Assembly: GCA_031422435.1 (NCBI GenBank)
Contig: JANPLU010000090.1
Coordinates: 1-64,000 of the forward strand
Source of the DNA: Acaryochloridaceae cyanobacterium VAR_48_metabat_390
GTDB lineage: Bacteria > Cyanobacteriota > Cyanobacteriia > Thermosynechococcales > Thermosynechococcaceae
Reading direction: 5' to 3'
DNA: 64,000 nt
The notes beneath the pieces are model-generated. The model was not told the DNA's origin. It ran no database searches and worked only from the letters and a program-made list of their open reading frames with translations. The translations under genes were made by a program, and so were the position numbers. Each line of letters opens with the position of its first letter. Within the stretch, counting starts at the first letter, position 1. Shown piece after piece: positions 11,418 through 23,453 of this stretch.

Positions 11418-12677
11418 ATGAAGAAGCCTTTCGTTAAAATTCTCTGTCCGATTCTGCTTCAGGTCATCTTTTGGTCAAGTTGGGCACCCAGTGCTTTGGC
11501 GCTCACTTCAGATCAGATGCTGCTCAACGAAACTTGGAAGATTGTGAACCAGGCGTATGTAGACGGCACCTTTAATCATCAAAACTGGTGGCAGCTTAGA
11601 GAAAAGACTCTAAAGCAGCCGCTGAAGGATCGGGCGGCAACCTATGATGCAATCCGCACAATGCTGGCAACGCTGAATGACCCCTACACGCGGCTGCTTC
11701 AGCCTGCTCAGTATCGCAGTTTGCAAACCAGTACGTCAGGGGAGTTAACGGGGGTGGGGCTTCAAATTGCGGTGAATGCTGATACCGGATATTTAGAGGT
11801 GATTTCGCCTATTGAGGGTTCTCCGGCGGCGATCGCTCATCTACAGCCCCGCGACCAAATTTTGCAGATAGACGGCGTGCTGACGACAGATTTGACCTTG
11901 GATGAAGCCGCTGAAAAGATGCGGGGCAAGACGGGGACTGTGGTGGTTTTAGAAGTGAAACATTTTGGTAAAGCGGATGGTAAGGCCGAAGCGATTGAGA
12001 CGGTGGCCCTGAAACGCGATCGCATTGAAATTAACCCCGTCCGTAGTGAAGTTCGCAAAGCACCGGATGGTTCACTGCTGGGCTATATTCGGCTGGCTCA
12101 ATTTAATGCCAATGCGACAAAAGATCTTAAAACCGCGATTGAAACCTTAGAAGCCCAAAAAGTGAAGGGGTATATATTAGACCTGCGAAATAATCCTGGT
12201 GGGTTGCTTCAGGCTGGGGTTGAAATTGCAGACCTGTGGATGGAGCCACAGCCTATTGTCTACACCGTTGATCGTCACGGGCTTTTGGGCAGCTTTGAGG
12301 CAACTACACCTGCCCTTACCCAAGCGCCGATGGTGGTATTGGTGAACCGAGGTACCGCCAGCGCCAGCGAAATTTTGGCGGGGGCGCTTCAGGATACAGG
12401 ACGCGCCACCCTAGTAGGAGAGCGCACCTTTGGCAAAGGGGCGATTCAGTCTTTATTTGACCTCTCCGATGGGTCAGGCTTGGCGGTGACGATCGCCACT
12501 TACGAAACCCCAAATCACCGCAACATTAATAAGGTTGGCATTGAGCCAGATCGTGAGGTATTGCTCGAAGCCGCAACCTTTGATGGCATTGCGGGTTCAG
12601 GGAACGATCGCCAGTATCTCGCCGCTGTAGAGCAGCTCACCCAAACCCAGGTGGCTGCTAGTGGCACATCTCTCTAG
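11418..12677 (+). CDS. ctpA: Carboxyl-terminal processing protease (S41, PDZ)
   Basis: Signal peptide, GVGLQI PDZ entry, DLRNNPGG, TASASEI, TFGKG; divergent from petB. Confidence 0.9.
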   Translation: MKKPFVKILCPILLQVIFWSSWAPSALALTSDQMLLNETWKIVNQAYVDGTFNHQNWWQLREKTLKQPLKDRAATYDAIRTMLATLNDPYTRLLQPAQYRSLQTSTSGELTGVGLQIAVNADTGYLEVISPIEGSPAAIAHLQPRDQILQIDGVLTTDLTLDEAAEKMRGKTGTVVVLEVKHFGKADGKAEAIETVALKRDRIEINPVRSEVRKAPDGSLLGYIRLAQFNANATKDLKTAIETLEAQKVKGYILDLRNNPGGLLQAGVEIADLWMEPQPIVYTVDRHGLLGSFEATTPALTQAPMVVLVNRGTASASEILAGALQDTGRATLVGERTFGKGAIQSLFDLSDGSGLAVTIATYETPNHRNINKVGIEPDREVLLEAATFDGIAGSGNDRQYLAAVEQLTQTQVAASGTSL

Positions 12678-13917
12678 CCGCACCTATCACGACCCGCTCC
12701 ACGGAGCCATTACGCTGGATGCGGCTGACCCAACTGAAGCACTGCTGATTCAGCTTATTGATACGCCTGCCTTTCAGCGGCTGCGGCGAATTCGGCAGCT
12801 TGGCCCTGCTAGCCTGACCTTTCATGGCGCGGAGGGTTCACGGTTTACCCATTCGCTAGGGGTAATGTATGTAGCGCGGCTGGTCTTTGATCGGTTGGCA
12901 AAGCGATACCCAGAACTGTTGCCTCACCGTACCGTCGCGCTCTGCGCCGCGCTGCTTCACGATGTGGGGCATGGGCCGTTTAGCCATACCTGTGAGGAAA
13001 TTTTTCACGGCAACCATGAGCATTGGACCCAGCGCATTCTGCAAGAGTCGCCTGAAGTGCGGGACTTGCTAACCCAAGCCTCGCCCACGCTAGGGGATGA
13101 GATCGTGAGCGTTTACCGCAAGCAGTATCCGCTGCCGATGGTAAGTCAGATGGTGACGAGTCAGTTGGATTGCGATCGCCTTGACTACCTCATGCGTGAC
13201 AGCTATTTCACGGGTGCCTCCTACGGCAAAATTGATTTAGACCGCATTTTGTTAGCCCTAGACTACGACCCTACAAGCCAGCAGCTCGTGGTGGGGCGAA
13301 AAGGGTTAGCGGCGATCGAGCATTATTTAGTGGTGCGCTACTTTATGTATGTGCAGGTCTATAACCACTCTAAAAATATTGCGGCTGGCTGGCTCTTAGA
13401 GCGCATTATGCATCGCGCCCGTCAGCAGCTTGGGGTAGGCGACTTAGACGCGGATCTAACCCTGACCGCTTGGCTAACTAAATCCAATGCTGAACTAACG
13501 CTAAAAGAATATTTGAGTGCAGACGACGGCGTGTTTCTCTATCATGTGCAGCGGTGGTGCGAAAGTGCCGACGCAATTTTGAGAGATTTGTGTACGAGAT
13601 ACCGCGATCGCAATTTATTTAAGGCCAAAAATATTAGTCAGTATGATCAACAGGAGCGCGATCGCCTGTTTCAAGCTGCCCAAGCCAGTCTTAGAGAAAA
13701 AAACCTAGACCCAGACTATTATGTGGGGCTTCAGTTTGCAACCACACGAGGTTATACGCTCTATCAGCGAGGGATTCAGCTCCAGACGGAGGCAGGCAGC
13801 TTAACCGAAATTAGTGAGCTGTCCCCCTTGGTGCAAACGCTCATTCAGCCCTTGGAGCGATCGTGGATAGTCTATCCTCGTGAGATTGAGTCTTTTTTGT
13901 TGTCTACTGCTGAGTAA
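12661..13917 (+). CDS. HD-domain phosphohydrolase (dNTP triphosphohydrolase-like)
   Basis: DPLHG, FQRLRRIRQLG, SRFTHSLG, LLHDVGHGPFSH, DCDRLDYLMRD. Confidence 0.9.
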   Translation: MAHLSSRTYHDPLHGAITLDAADPTEALLIQLIDTPAFQRLRRIRQLGPASLTFHGAEGSRFTHSLGVMYVARLVFDRLAKRYPELLPHRTVALCAALLHDVGHGPFSHTCEEIFHGNHEHWTQRILQESPEVRDLLTQASPTLGDEIVSVYRKQYPLPMVSQMVTSQLDCDRLDYLMRDSYFTGASYGKIDLDRILLALDYDPTSQQLVVGRKGLAAIEHYLVVRYFMYVQVYNHSKNIAAGWLLERIMHRARQQLGVGDLDADLTLTAWLTKSNAELTLKEYLSADDGVFLYHVQRWCESADAILRDLCTRYRDRNLFKAKNISQYDQQERDRLFQAAQASLREKNLDPDYYVGLQFATTRGYTLYQRGIQLQTEAGSLTEISELSPLVQTLIQPLERSWIVYPREIESFLLSTAE

Positions 13918-14066
13918 GTAGGTGGACAGCAAAAAAGTTACAGGCTGGGAATGGGTTTCGGCTCCCTTCGACAGGCTCAGGACAGGCTGCTCAACCCACA
14001 CCAATACGGGATTCGAGGGTTGAGCGAAGCCGAAACCCGTTGCATAGATTTATGCCTATCTACTTA
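13915..14066. mobile_element. MITE-like element with nested palindromic repeats
   Basis: Ends TAAGTAGGTGG / CCTATCTACTTA form an imperfect inverted repeat; internal arms GGGTTTCGGCT...GCTCAACCC / GGGTTGAGCGAAGCCGAAACCC. Confidence 0.65.
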
Positions 14067-14089
14067 TTAGAAGTGAGTCCTAAAGAAGT

Positions 14090-14818
14090 TTAGGTTGGCG
14101 ACCCGATTTTTTTCGGGACGTTCAAGGGCGTAACCTCAACCTTTTGGAGATAAAGACAGTGACGCTGTGCTTGGGTAAGGGGAGTGGTCGTACTCCGCAG
14201 GTCTGATAGCTTTGCGCCAAGCTTTGGCAACACCTGCTCTAACACCTGCTCTTCTTCTACGCTCCATTGGCCTCGGTAGATCACAGCGGTGCCGCCCACC
14301 TTCAAAAAGGGCAGTGTGTACTCTGCACAGTTAGAGACAGAGCCAACCGCCCGAATGAAGGCCATATCATAGGATGCGCGATCGCCCTTACTCCGCGCCA
14401 AAACCTCAGCGCGATCGCACACGGGAGCAGCGTTCGACAACGGCAATGTCTGGCACAGGCTTTCGAGACAGGTGATCTTTTTACGGGTGGAGTCTAAGAG
14501 CGTGACGTGGGAGAGGGGGAGGGCGATCGCCACCGGAATGCCTGGAAACCCGCCGCCTGTACCAATATCAATGCACCGGAGTTGAGTCGGTTCGCCGTTA
14601 AGCCACGGCTGAATGCCCCAGAGAGAATCCCACAGGTGCTTCTCCCAAAAGGCTTCGGGGCTAGTGATGCGCGTGAGATTGACGCGCGTATTGAGGACGC
14701 AAAGCTGCGTCAAAATATCCTGAAACTGAACCTGCTGTGACTCAGTCGGACACCAGTTGAGTGTGTTTTGCCAAATTTCTGAGAAAGTTGGCAGCGTTAG
14801 ATCAGAAAGCTCAGACAT
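14090..14818 (-). CDS. rsmG: 16S rRNA (guanine527-N7)-methyltransferase
   Basis: NLTRIT, KHLWDSL, DIGTGGGFPGIP, LLDSTRKK. Confidence 0.95.
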   Translation of the reverse strand: MSELSDLTLPTFSEIWQNTLNWCPTESQQVQFQDILTQLCVLNTRVNLTRITSPEAFWEKHLWDSLWGIQPWLNGEPTQLRCIDIGTGGGFPGIPVAIALPLSHVTLLDSTRKKITCLESLCQTLPLSNAAPVCDRAEVLARSKGDRASYDMAFIRAVGSVSNCAEYTLPFLKVGGTAVIYRGQWSVEEEQVLEQVLPKLGAKLSDLRSTTTPLTQAQRHCLYLQKVEVTPLNVPKKIGSPT

Positions 14819-14840
14819 TTATTAAAGAAAACCTGCAACG

Positions 14841-15542
14841 TCACGAAGCGGAAGGGGCTGCATCATGGAATGGATCCAGTGCGTTAACGCTCAGGCGCTG
14901 CTTGAGGTCTTGAGGAGAAATCGCCTCCACTCTGCCATTTTGAATCAGCCAACAGCGATCAGCAATCTCCAACAGCTCGGCAGGCTCGTGGGTGACAGCC
15001 AATAGGCTCCAGTGCTGCTTAAGCTGTTTCAGCACCTGCATCAGTTGACGACGCATCGACCAGTCGAGTCCTGCGGTGGGTTCATCGAGCAGCAGCAAAT
15101 GGGGCTGACGGATGAGCTGTACCGCCAGCGCCAGCCGCCGCTGCTGCCCTCCACTCAGCGACTGCGGCGAAGTATGGAGCGACAACTGCTCTAGCCCTAA
15201 CGACTCTAAAGCCTGGTAAACCTGATCGGTCGAAATTTCAGGATGCCCCAGCCGCAGTTCTTCCACCACAGAACCGCCGCAAAAGTGCCGCTCTGGAAAC
15301 TGAAATACTAGCCCCGCCAACTGCTGAAGGTCGGTGGGCGCTAATGCCTGCCGCCGCCAGTGCAGTGTGCCTGATGTGGGTGTGGCAAGCCCCGACAAAA
15401 TTTCGAGCAGGGTACTTTTGCCCGATCCGCTTGGCCCAATAATCAACCCCATTTCTTGGGCGCCCAATTCTAGATTGATCTGCTTTAAGATCGCCTCAGG
15501 GGTCGCTGGGGGATGGTAAACCAAGTTTTTGATCAGTAGCAT
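14841..15542 (-). CDS. ABC transporter ATP-binding protein (EcfA/CbiO-like); start set at ATG 15542
   Basis: GPSGSGKST, VFQFPE, LSGGQQRR, LLLDEPTAGLD. Confidence 0.9.
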   Translation of the reverse strand: MLLIKNLVYHPPATPEAILKQINLELGAQEMGLIIGPSGSGKSTLLEILSGLATPTSGTLHWRRQALAPTDLQQLAGLVFQFPERHFCGGSVVEELRLGHPEISTDQVYQALESLGLEQLSLHTSPQSLSGGQQRRLALAVQLIRQPHLLLLDEPTAGLDWSMRRQLMQVLKQLKQHWSLLAVTHEPAELLEIADRCWLIQNGRVEAISPQDLKQRLSVNALDPFHDAAPSAS

Positions 15543-15684
15543 TAATCCATCCCTATCCCGTAAGTCGCCCAATGGTTAAGCGCGATGCGTTACCTAAGCC
15601 TGCGCTATTTTAGCTTAAAGGCATGGGCGGCTGGTACAGTGAAGACGAACGCCAAGAGTCCGCAACGGGAAACCCATACTCACT

Positions 15685-16131
15685 ATGCAGGTTGAATTTC
15701 GAGAATTTAATCCCTTTGACCTTTGGATTTGGATTGAATTTGAAACCACCCCTTCCGAGCAAGAAAAGCTCTACCTAGAGCAGGTGTTTGAGTCTTGGTT
15801 TTACATGGGCAAGCTCGGTGCATTTAATGCCGAAAATCTCCAGGTGCAGGATGCAGGGCTAGATCTTAGCTACCTCGACTACAGCGAAAGCCCTGGTTCG
15901 ATGATGGCGCTCATGCACAACATGGGCAACTTTGAGTACGAAGGCTACTGGGGACGCTGCTGGTTTGATTTGGGAACCAGTGATGCGATCGCCCTAGATA
16001 TCCTCCTCAACGCCCTAGTGCAGTTTAGCAAAGACTTTGTGCAGCTAGAGCGTTTATTTATTGGCGGAGAAAATGAGGACTGGCCTGTGGAAGGCAGCGA
16101 GAGTAAGCCCTTCTATGAAGAGCCAGATTAA
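15685..16131 (+). CDS. Conserved cyanobacterial protein (DUF3531-like)
   Basis: MQVEFREFNPFDLWIW, GKLGAFNAENLQV, RCWFDLGTSD recognised as a conserved cyanobacterial/plastid family. Confidence 0.75.
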   Translation: MQVEFREFNPFDLWIWIEFETTPSEQEKLYLEQVFESWFYMGKLGAFNAENLQVQDAGLDLSYLDYSESPGSMMALMHNMGNFEYEGYWGRCWFDLGTSDAIALDILLNALVQFSKDFVQLERLFIGGENEDWPVEGSESKPFYEEPD

Positions 16132-16245
16132 CGCCTAGGTGATTTACTCTGTGACACAAATCCAACTACTTTACAAATCCCACATTGGGGCTGTCTGGTT
16201 CTTTGTGCATCACTACAATGCATCCTTACTGGTTTAGGACTACCC

Positions 16246-16524
16246 GTGAAAGTATTGTCGAAATGGACAAAAAGCTACGACCGAGAGAGCAAGTTTGGTG
16301 CCTATCGAACCATACCTAGCTTTCAAGAATATTTGCTCATCGACCAAACGCAGATGCATTTCGAGCAATTTTCTGAAACCGGACTGGAACAGTGGTCTTT
16401 CTGCAAATACGACCACTCAGACGAGGCGATCGCCTTCACAAAAGTCCCCTTTCAAATTTTACGCGCAGACCCATACAACAAAGTTCAGTTAGAGGCTACA
16501 GCGATAGAAGGCGGTCACACTTAA
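16246..16524 (+). pseudogene. Uma2-family endonuclease C-terminal fragment
   Basis: KVLSKWTKSYDRESKFGAYRTIPSFQEYLLIDQ matches the Uma2 EVLSxST..YD...KF..Y...PS..EYLLI pattern; the N-terminal half is absent. Confidence 0.75.
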
Positions 16525-16686
16525 GATATTCCTCGCCCATCGACTACTTCTCTATATGAACTGCATCTGAAGTAGAAATTGACAAAGGGCGAATGATACG
16601 AGACTTAAGCAAAGAAAGTTTACCTTGTGGTTCCATTCAGTGATAATTTGATAGGTGGCGATTTGATGCAATGCGCCTTAACGTAA

Positions 16687-18192
<1,506 letters not shown>

Positions 18193-18214
18193 GAGACACC
18201 CATAGGAGAACCCC

Positions 18215-18631
18215 ATGACCTTAACCGTTCGGGTGATTGCACCGGATAAGACCGTCTGGGATGCCCCCGCAGAAGAAGTGATTCTGCCCAGCACCACAGG
18301 CCAACTTGGCATTTTGACAGGCCACGCCCCTTTACTCTCTGCTCTAGAGCCTGGAGTGTTGCGGGTGCGCGAAAGCAAAGGCTGGCAGTCGATCGCCTTA
18401 AGTGGCGGTTTTGCTGAAGTAGATGCCAACGAAGTGACGATCTTGGTCAATGGAGCCGAGCGCGGTGACATCATTGATCGTGATGAAGCACGAACTGCCC
18501 TTGATGCAGCTCAAGCTCGGTTAGCGAAAGCTGACCAAGGCGGCGATCGCCAAGAGCGCTACCAGGCAGTTCAGGAATTCAAACGGGCGCGGGCGCGTTT
18601 GCAGGCCGCTGGCGAAATCGTTCAGATCTAG
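18215..18631 (+). CDS. atpC: ATP synthase F1 epsilon subunit
   Basis: [23 protein letters not shown]; follows the beta subunit gene. Confidence 0.97.
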   Translation: MTLTVRVIAPDKTVWDAPAEEVILPSTTGQLGILTGHAPLLSALEPGVLRVRESKGWQSIALSGGFAEVDANEVTILVNGAERGDIIDRDEARTALDAAQARLAKADQGGDRQERYQAVQEFKRARARLQAAGEIVQI

Positions 18632-18647
18632 TTCACAACTGTGATAG

Positions 18648-18685
18648 AAAACTCTCCTGCTGACGTTCAGCAGGAGAGTTTTTTT
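18648..18685. terminator. Bidirectional intrinsic terminator between atpC and rsgA
   Basis: AAAACTCTCCTGCTGA-CGT-TCAGCAGGAGAGTTTTTTT. Confidence 0.85.
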
Positions 18686-18811
18686 ATGGGCTAAGCTTCA
18701 CCTGCTTCTGTCTTTCTGACTTGAGTTTGGACTAATCTACCGCTTTATATTTGGTTGTTGCAATTTAGCTCTATCTCAATAGATCTAGACCATGACCCAG
18801 ATGTAGGAGTT

Positions 18812-19876
18812 CTATTCCTGAAGATCGTCATATAGTCTCTCGAAAGACTGATGCTGAGTCTTTCGAGAGGTTCGACGGTAACGCTTGAATTCGAGCAGCG
18901 GTTCGTCGTTATCAGTGCCCATGCGCGTTGTTTTTCGCTTAGTGCGGGCTTCGGGGTTACGGGTCTGATGGCGTTCCGTTTGAGCAGCAATCACCTCATC
19001 TAAAAAGCCTAAATAGTCACCGTACCGTTCCCAATCTCCACTCACTACGCAATTGGGTTCGTCTCGGTGCAGGCAGTCTGTAAATTGGCATGTGTGGGCA
19101 GCTAGGCGCGATCGCCCCTCTGGGAAATGGTGAATCAGCTCTTCTGGCAAACAGTGAATCGTAGGCTGGCTAAACCCTGGGGTATCCGCAAACAGTCCGC
19201 CCTTAGGCAGCTCAAAAAGCTCAACGTGGCGCGTCGTGTGTTTGCCCTTGCGCCAATGCTCTGAAATTTTGCCTACGCGCAGGGTGAGATCCGGTGCCAG
19301 GGTATTAATCAGACTAGATTTGCCGACCCCCGATGGCCCCGCTAAAACCGTAATCTTATCCTGAAGCTCTTGCCGGATAGACTCAATGCCAGTTCCTGTT
19401 TGAATGCTGAGGGGGATTGAAGTGTAGCCCCAAGAGAGAAGGCGATCGCACCAATCGTTCTGCGCTTCAATCGGCACCAGATCGGCCTTACTCAGGCCAA
19501 TCAAAATCTTTAGTCGCGTCCCTTCGATCGCCACCAAAAACCGACTGAGTTGATATACATCAATCACAGGGTCTGCCATTGCAAACACCAGCAGCACTTG
19601 GTCAGCATTGGCAATGGGGGGGCGTTCTAGTTCGCTGCGGCGCGGTAACACATCAGAAATTGCGCCCCGCTGACCCTGCCAGTCGGGTTCTGAGATGACC
19701 ACGCGATCGCCAACCATAACCTGCTGTCCCATTTTTTTGAGACGCGCACGGCGGGTGCAGAGGAGTTCAGCTTGGGCTAAAGGCGATCCAGGCTGATCGA
19801 GCTGGACGCGATAAAAGTTAGCCTGTACGGCAATCACCGTCCCGATAATGGGCTGATGATTGACCACAACCGTCAT
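18812..19876 (-). CDS. rsgA: Ribosome small subunit-dependent GTPase
   Basis: SKADL, GPSGVGKSS, GKHTTRH, DTPGF, CQFTDCLHRDEPNC. Confidence 0.96.
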   Translation of the reverse strand: MTVVVNHQPIIGTVIAVQANFYRVQLDQPGSPLAQAELLCTRRARLKKMGQQVMVGDRVVISEPDWQGQRGAISDVLPRRSELERPPIANADQVLLVFAMADPVIDVYQLSRFLVAIEGTRLKILIGLSKADLVPIEAQNDWCDRLLSWGYTSIPLSIQTGTGIESIRQELQDKITVLAGPSGVGKSSLINTLAPDLTLRVGKISEHWRKGKHTTRHVELFELPKGGLFADTPGFSQPTIHCLPEELIHHFPEGRSRLAAHTCQFTDCLHRDEPNCVVSGDWERYGDYLGFLDEVIAAQTERHQTRNPEARTKRKTTRMGTDNDEPLLEFKRYRRTSRKTQHQSFERLYDDLQE

Positions 19877-20172
19877 GGAGACGGAGTAGAAGAAGGCGAT
19901 CGCTGCGCACCAATCGTCTGCGACGTATCCAACGCGCGCACCTGAAGCACAAAAAAGTCAGTCTTGTCCTCTAGTCGCTCAATCTCATAGCCAGCCATTA
20001 CCAAACTATCGGGCACCTGCTCAATCGGCTCCCCAGGGTCAAGCCAAACCTCCAGCAGCAGTCCTGGCTGCATCTGCTGAAGCTTTAGCTTGGTGCGTAC
20101 AAAGTTTAGAGGGCAAGGTGTCCCCCGCAAATCAATTTTTGCATCTGGCATGAGCGCAGTAAACTCACTCAT
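19873..20172 (-). CDS. TusA/SirA-family sulfurtransferase
   Basis: [13 protein letters not shown] motif. Confidence 0.88.
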   Translation of the reverse strand: MSEFTALMPDAKIDLRGTPCPLNFVRTKLKLQQMQPGLLLEVWLDPGEPIEQVPDSLVMAGYEIERLEDKTDFFVLQVRALDTSQTIGAQRSPSSTPSP

Positions 20173-21314
20173 CGTCCACCAAAAAGTCCGCCTAAAAATC
20201 CCTCAACATTTCCACCTTTGCCTGTCCGTTCTCCCCTAACTTGGGCAAGCTTCTCCAATAGCTCTCGCTCCTCAGAGGAAACGCGCGTCGGTATTTCAAT
20301 AGAGACGGTAATCAAGTGATTGCCTCGGCTAACAGGGTTGCCAAGCTTTGGCACCCCATGACTTTCTAGCGTTAAGACTGTTCCAGGCTGGATTCCGGCT
20401 GGGATGGTCAATGTTTCCTCTTCCTCTACGGTTTTGACCGTGAGTTCAGACCCTAAAATCGCCTGTAAGTAGCTAATTTTAAGGTCTGACAAAATATTAA
20501 TCCCGTCTCGGCGGAACTCAGGATCCTCTTGGACAAATAGATAAACGTATAGGTCGCCAGTTGGACCATTGCGCTGTCCAGCATCGCCCTCATTGGATAC
20601 ACGAAGCCGTGTTCCTGTATCAACCCCTGGCGGAACCGTAATTTTAAGTTTTTTAGGAACCTGGTTCTGTCCCTTTCCGCCGCAGCTATCACACTTGTCC
20701 GAAATGGTCTGTCCAGTTCCGCTACAGGTGGGACAAACCGACACCTGTGTAAAACTCCCAAAGGGCGTTCGGGTCGCTCTTCTGACCTGACCACCGCCCT
20801 GACAGGTTCCACAGGTTTGAGCGCTCGTTCCTGGCTTAGCGCCTGAGCCTTGACAGATACTGCAGTTTTCTAAGTGCGTGATGCGAATCTGCTTTTCTCC
20901 ACCAAAAATCGCTTCTCGAAACTCTAGCTTTAGATCAAAGCGCAAGTCGTCTCCACGGGTTGGAGCCGAGCGGCGACGAGTACTTTGACCTGCTGCGCCA
21001 CCACCGCCGCCAAACCCACCAAAAAAGCTCTCAAAAATATCGGCAATACCGCCCATATCCGAAAAATCTTGGTAGCCGCCAGCACCGGCACCAGCACTGA
21101 CACCCGCTTCACCAAAGCGGTCATAGCGTGCCCGCATTTCCGGCTCAGCCAGCACCTCATAGGCTGTATTAATCTCTTTGAAGCGATCCTCCGCTTCCGG
21201 CGCTTTGTTGACATCGGGGTGATATTTACGAGCCAAGCGACGATAAGCCTGCTTTAGCTCATCGGCATCTGCGTTTCGAGCAACGCCTAAAATTTCATAG
21301 TAGTCACGAGCCAT
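20169..21314 (-). CDS. dnaJ: Chaperone DnaJ
   Basis: J domain with HPD, G/F-rich region, four CxxCxGxG motifs. Confidence 0.98.
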   Translation of the reverse strand: MARDYYEILGVARNADADELKQAYRRLARKYHPDVNKAPEAEDRFKEINTAYEVLAEPEMRARYDRFGEAGVSAGAGAGGYQDFSDMGGIADIFESFFGGFGGGGGAAGQSTRRRSAPTRGDDLRFDLKLEFREAIFGGEKQIRITHLENCSICQGSGAKPGTSAQTCGTCQGGGQVRRATRTPFGSFTQVSVCPTCSGTGQTISDKCDSCGGKGQNQVPKKLKITVPPGVDTGTRLRVSNEGDAGQRNGPTGDLYVYLFVQEDPEFRRDGINILSDLKISYLQAILGSELTVKTVEEEETLTIPAGIQPGTVLTLESHGVPKLGNPVSRGNHLITVSIEIPTRVSSEERELLEKLAQVRGERTGKGGNVEGFLGGLFGGR

Positions 21315-21359
21315 AGGTTGCAGAGTTTGTTACAGCGCTAACGTAAGTGACAATCTTTT

Positions 21360-23345
21360 CTAGTCTACGACTTCATAGTCTGTAATGATCGTTTCATCAA
21401 TGTCTGATCCGACAAATGTAGTTTCACTGTCAATATCGGACCAACTTAAATCTGCGCCAGAAGCGACTTCAGAGCCTAAGCTTATGCCTTGAGCTACAGA
21501 ATGCCCTGTAAAGAGATTTGCAGTTCCTTTATCTGGAGCATTCTGATACACGAGCGAACCAATCTGGAGCAGAAGCGCCTGAAGCTGGTCAGTTTTTTGC
21601 CGCAGCATTTCGGCAGTGAGTTCAGGCTGTCCAGCAATAATTTTGATCTCGTCAATCAGCGTCACAGCACTTTTTTGAAGATCGCTACTGACGCGAGCCC
21701 CATTCTCTCGAATGGTGGACGTGTAGCTATAGATTAAGCTATCTACATTATTTCTAAGCTGAGCAATCTCCTGCTGTTTGCGATCATAGTCAGAGTAAAT
21801 CTGAGCTTCTTGCCGCATTCGCTCTACTTCTAGTGTACTGAGACCCCCCGTATTGGAAATACGGATACTTTGCTTGTGTCCAGTGCCTTTATCTTGTGCA
21901 AACACGTTCAGAATGCCGTTTGCATCAATATCAAAGGTTACTTCAATTTGAGGTACCCCACGGGGAGCTGGCGGAATACCTGTTAATTCAAATTTCCCCA
22001 AACACTTATTGTCTTTCACCATGGCTCGCTCACCCTGAAAGACCTGAATTTCCACGGAGGTCTGTCCATCGGTTGCGGTTGAGAACCCTTGGGAGCGGCT
22101 GGTCGGTAAGGTTGTGTTGCGATCAATAATGCGCGTAAAAACGCCCCCCAGTGTCTCAATGCCTAAAGATAGGGGTGTCACGTCGAGCAGCAGTAAATCC
22201 TTCACTTCACCGCCTAATACCCCAGCCTGAATCGCCGCACCCAACGCTACGGACTCATCAGGGTTCACCGAACGATCAGGAGATTTACCTCCAAAAAAAC
22301 GTCGGACGGCCTCTTGAACCGCTGGGATGCGGGTAGATCCGCCGACCAAAATAATTCGCTCAATAGCCCCTGTATCAGAGGCGCAGTCTTTCAGTGCCTG
22401 CTCAATGGGTTCTATGGTCGAGTCTACTAGGGGCTTTACCAATTCTTCAAATTTTGCGCGCGTAAGATCCATCTCTAGGTGCTTTGGCCCAGATTCATCT
22501 GCGGTAATAAACGGCAGGTTAATGGAGGTTGTAATGGTGCTAGATAGCTCGATTTTTGCCTTTTCGGCTGCTTCGCGCAGTCGCTGAAGCGCCATTTTAT
22601 CCTTAGACAAATCAATGTGCTCTTGGTCTTGAAAGTTTGCAATCATCCAGCGCAGAATGGCTTCATCAAAGTCATCGCCGCCCAGATGGTTGTTCCCAGA
22701 TGTTGCCTTCACTTCAAAAATGCCGTCACCCATTTGCAGGATGGATACGTCAAAGGTACCGCCCCCTAAATCAAAGACCAAAATTCGCTGTTCTTGGTCT
22801 TGCTTATCTAATCCGTAGGATAGTGCGGCGGCGGTTGGCTCATTAATAATGCGCAAGACTTCTAGACCTGCAATGGTGCCTGAATCTTTGGTGGCCTGCC
22901 GTTGGGCGTCACTAAAGTACGCTGGAACTGTGATGACGGCTTGCGTAACGGCTTCTCCTAGGTAAGCTTCGGCATCTTGCTTAAGCTTTTGTAAAACCAT
23001 TGCCGAAATTTCCTGCGGCGTATAGGCTTTGCCACGAATGGAAACGTCAACCGTTTCATCTCGTCCAGCCACACAGTCATAGGAAACGCGCGATCGCTCA
23101 GTACTTGTTTCTTGCCAACGTCTCCCAATAAAGCGTTTGATGCTGAAAACTGTATTTTCAGCATTGGTAACGGCCTGCCGTTTTGCAAGTTGGCCTACCA
23201 GACGCTCACCAGATCGACCAAACCCAACAATACTGGGAGTCGTGCGCCCACCTTCGGTATTGGGAATGACCACAGGCTGACCACCCTCTAAAACAGCCAC
23301 GCAACTGTTTGTTGTCCCTAAATCAATCCCAATAACTTTGCCCAT
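21360..23345 (-). CDS. dnaK: Chaperone DnaK (Hsp70); start set at MGKVIGID
   Basis: [35 protein letters not shown]. Confidence 0.98.
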   Translation of the reverse strand: MGKVIGIDLGTTNSCVAVLEGGQPVVIPNTEGGRTTPSIVGFGRSGERLVGQLAKRQAVTNAENTVFSIKRFIGRRWQETSTERSRVSYDCVAGRDETVDVSIRGKAYTPQEISAMVLQKLKQDAEAYLGEAVTQAVITVPAYFSDAQRQATKDSGTIAGLEVLRIINEPTAAALSYGLDKQDQEQRILVFDLGGGTFDVSILQMGDGIFEVKATSGNNHLGGDDFDEAILRWMIANFQDQEHIDLSKDKMALQRLREAAEKAKIELSSTITTSINLPFITADESGPKHLEMDLTRAKFEELVKPLVDSTIEPIEQALKDCASDTGAIERIILVGGSTRIPAVQEAVRRFFGGKSPDRSVNPDESVALGAAIQAGVLGGEVKDLLLLDVTPLSLGIETLGGVFTRIIDRNTTLPTSRSQGFSTATDGQTSVEIQVFQGERAMVKDNKCLGKFELTGIPPAPRGVPQIEVTFDIDANGILNVFAQDKGTGHKQSIRISNTGGLSTLEVERMRQEAQIYSDYDRKQQEIAQLRNNVDSLIYSYTSTIRENGARVSSDLQKSAVTLIDEIKIIAGQPELTAEMLRQKTDQLQALLLQIGSLVYQNAPDKGTANLFTGHSVAQGISLGSEVASGADLSWSDIDSETTFVGSDIDETIITDYEVVD

Positions 23346-23453
23346 AGCCTCATGCAAACAAGTAGAGAATGTGCGAGAAATAACGGTAGTGACGCCTGCC
23401 TTGGGGCGTTGAGCCAAATGTCGACCCAGACGCACTGTTACAGTCGTGCGCTC

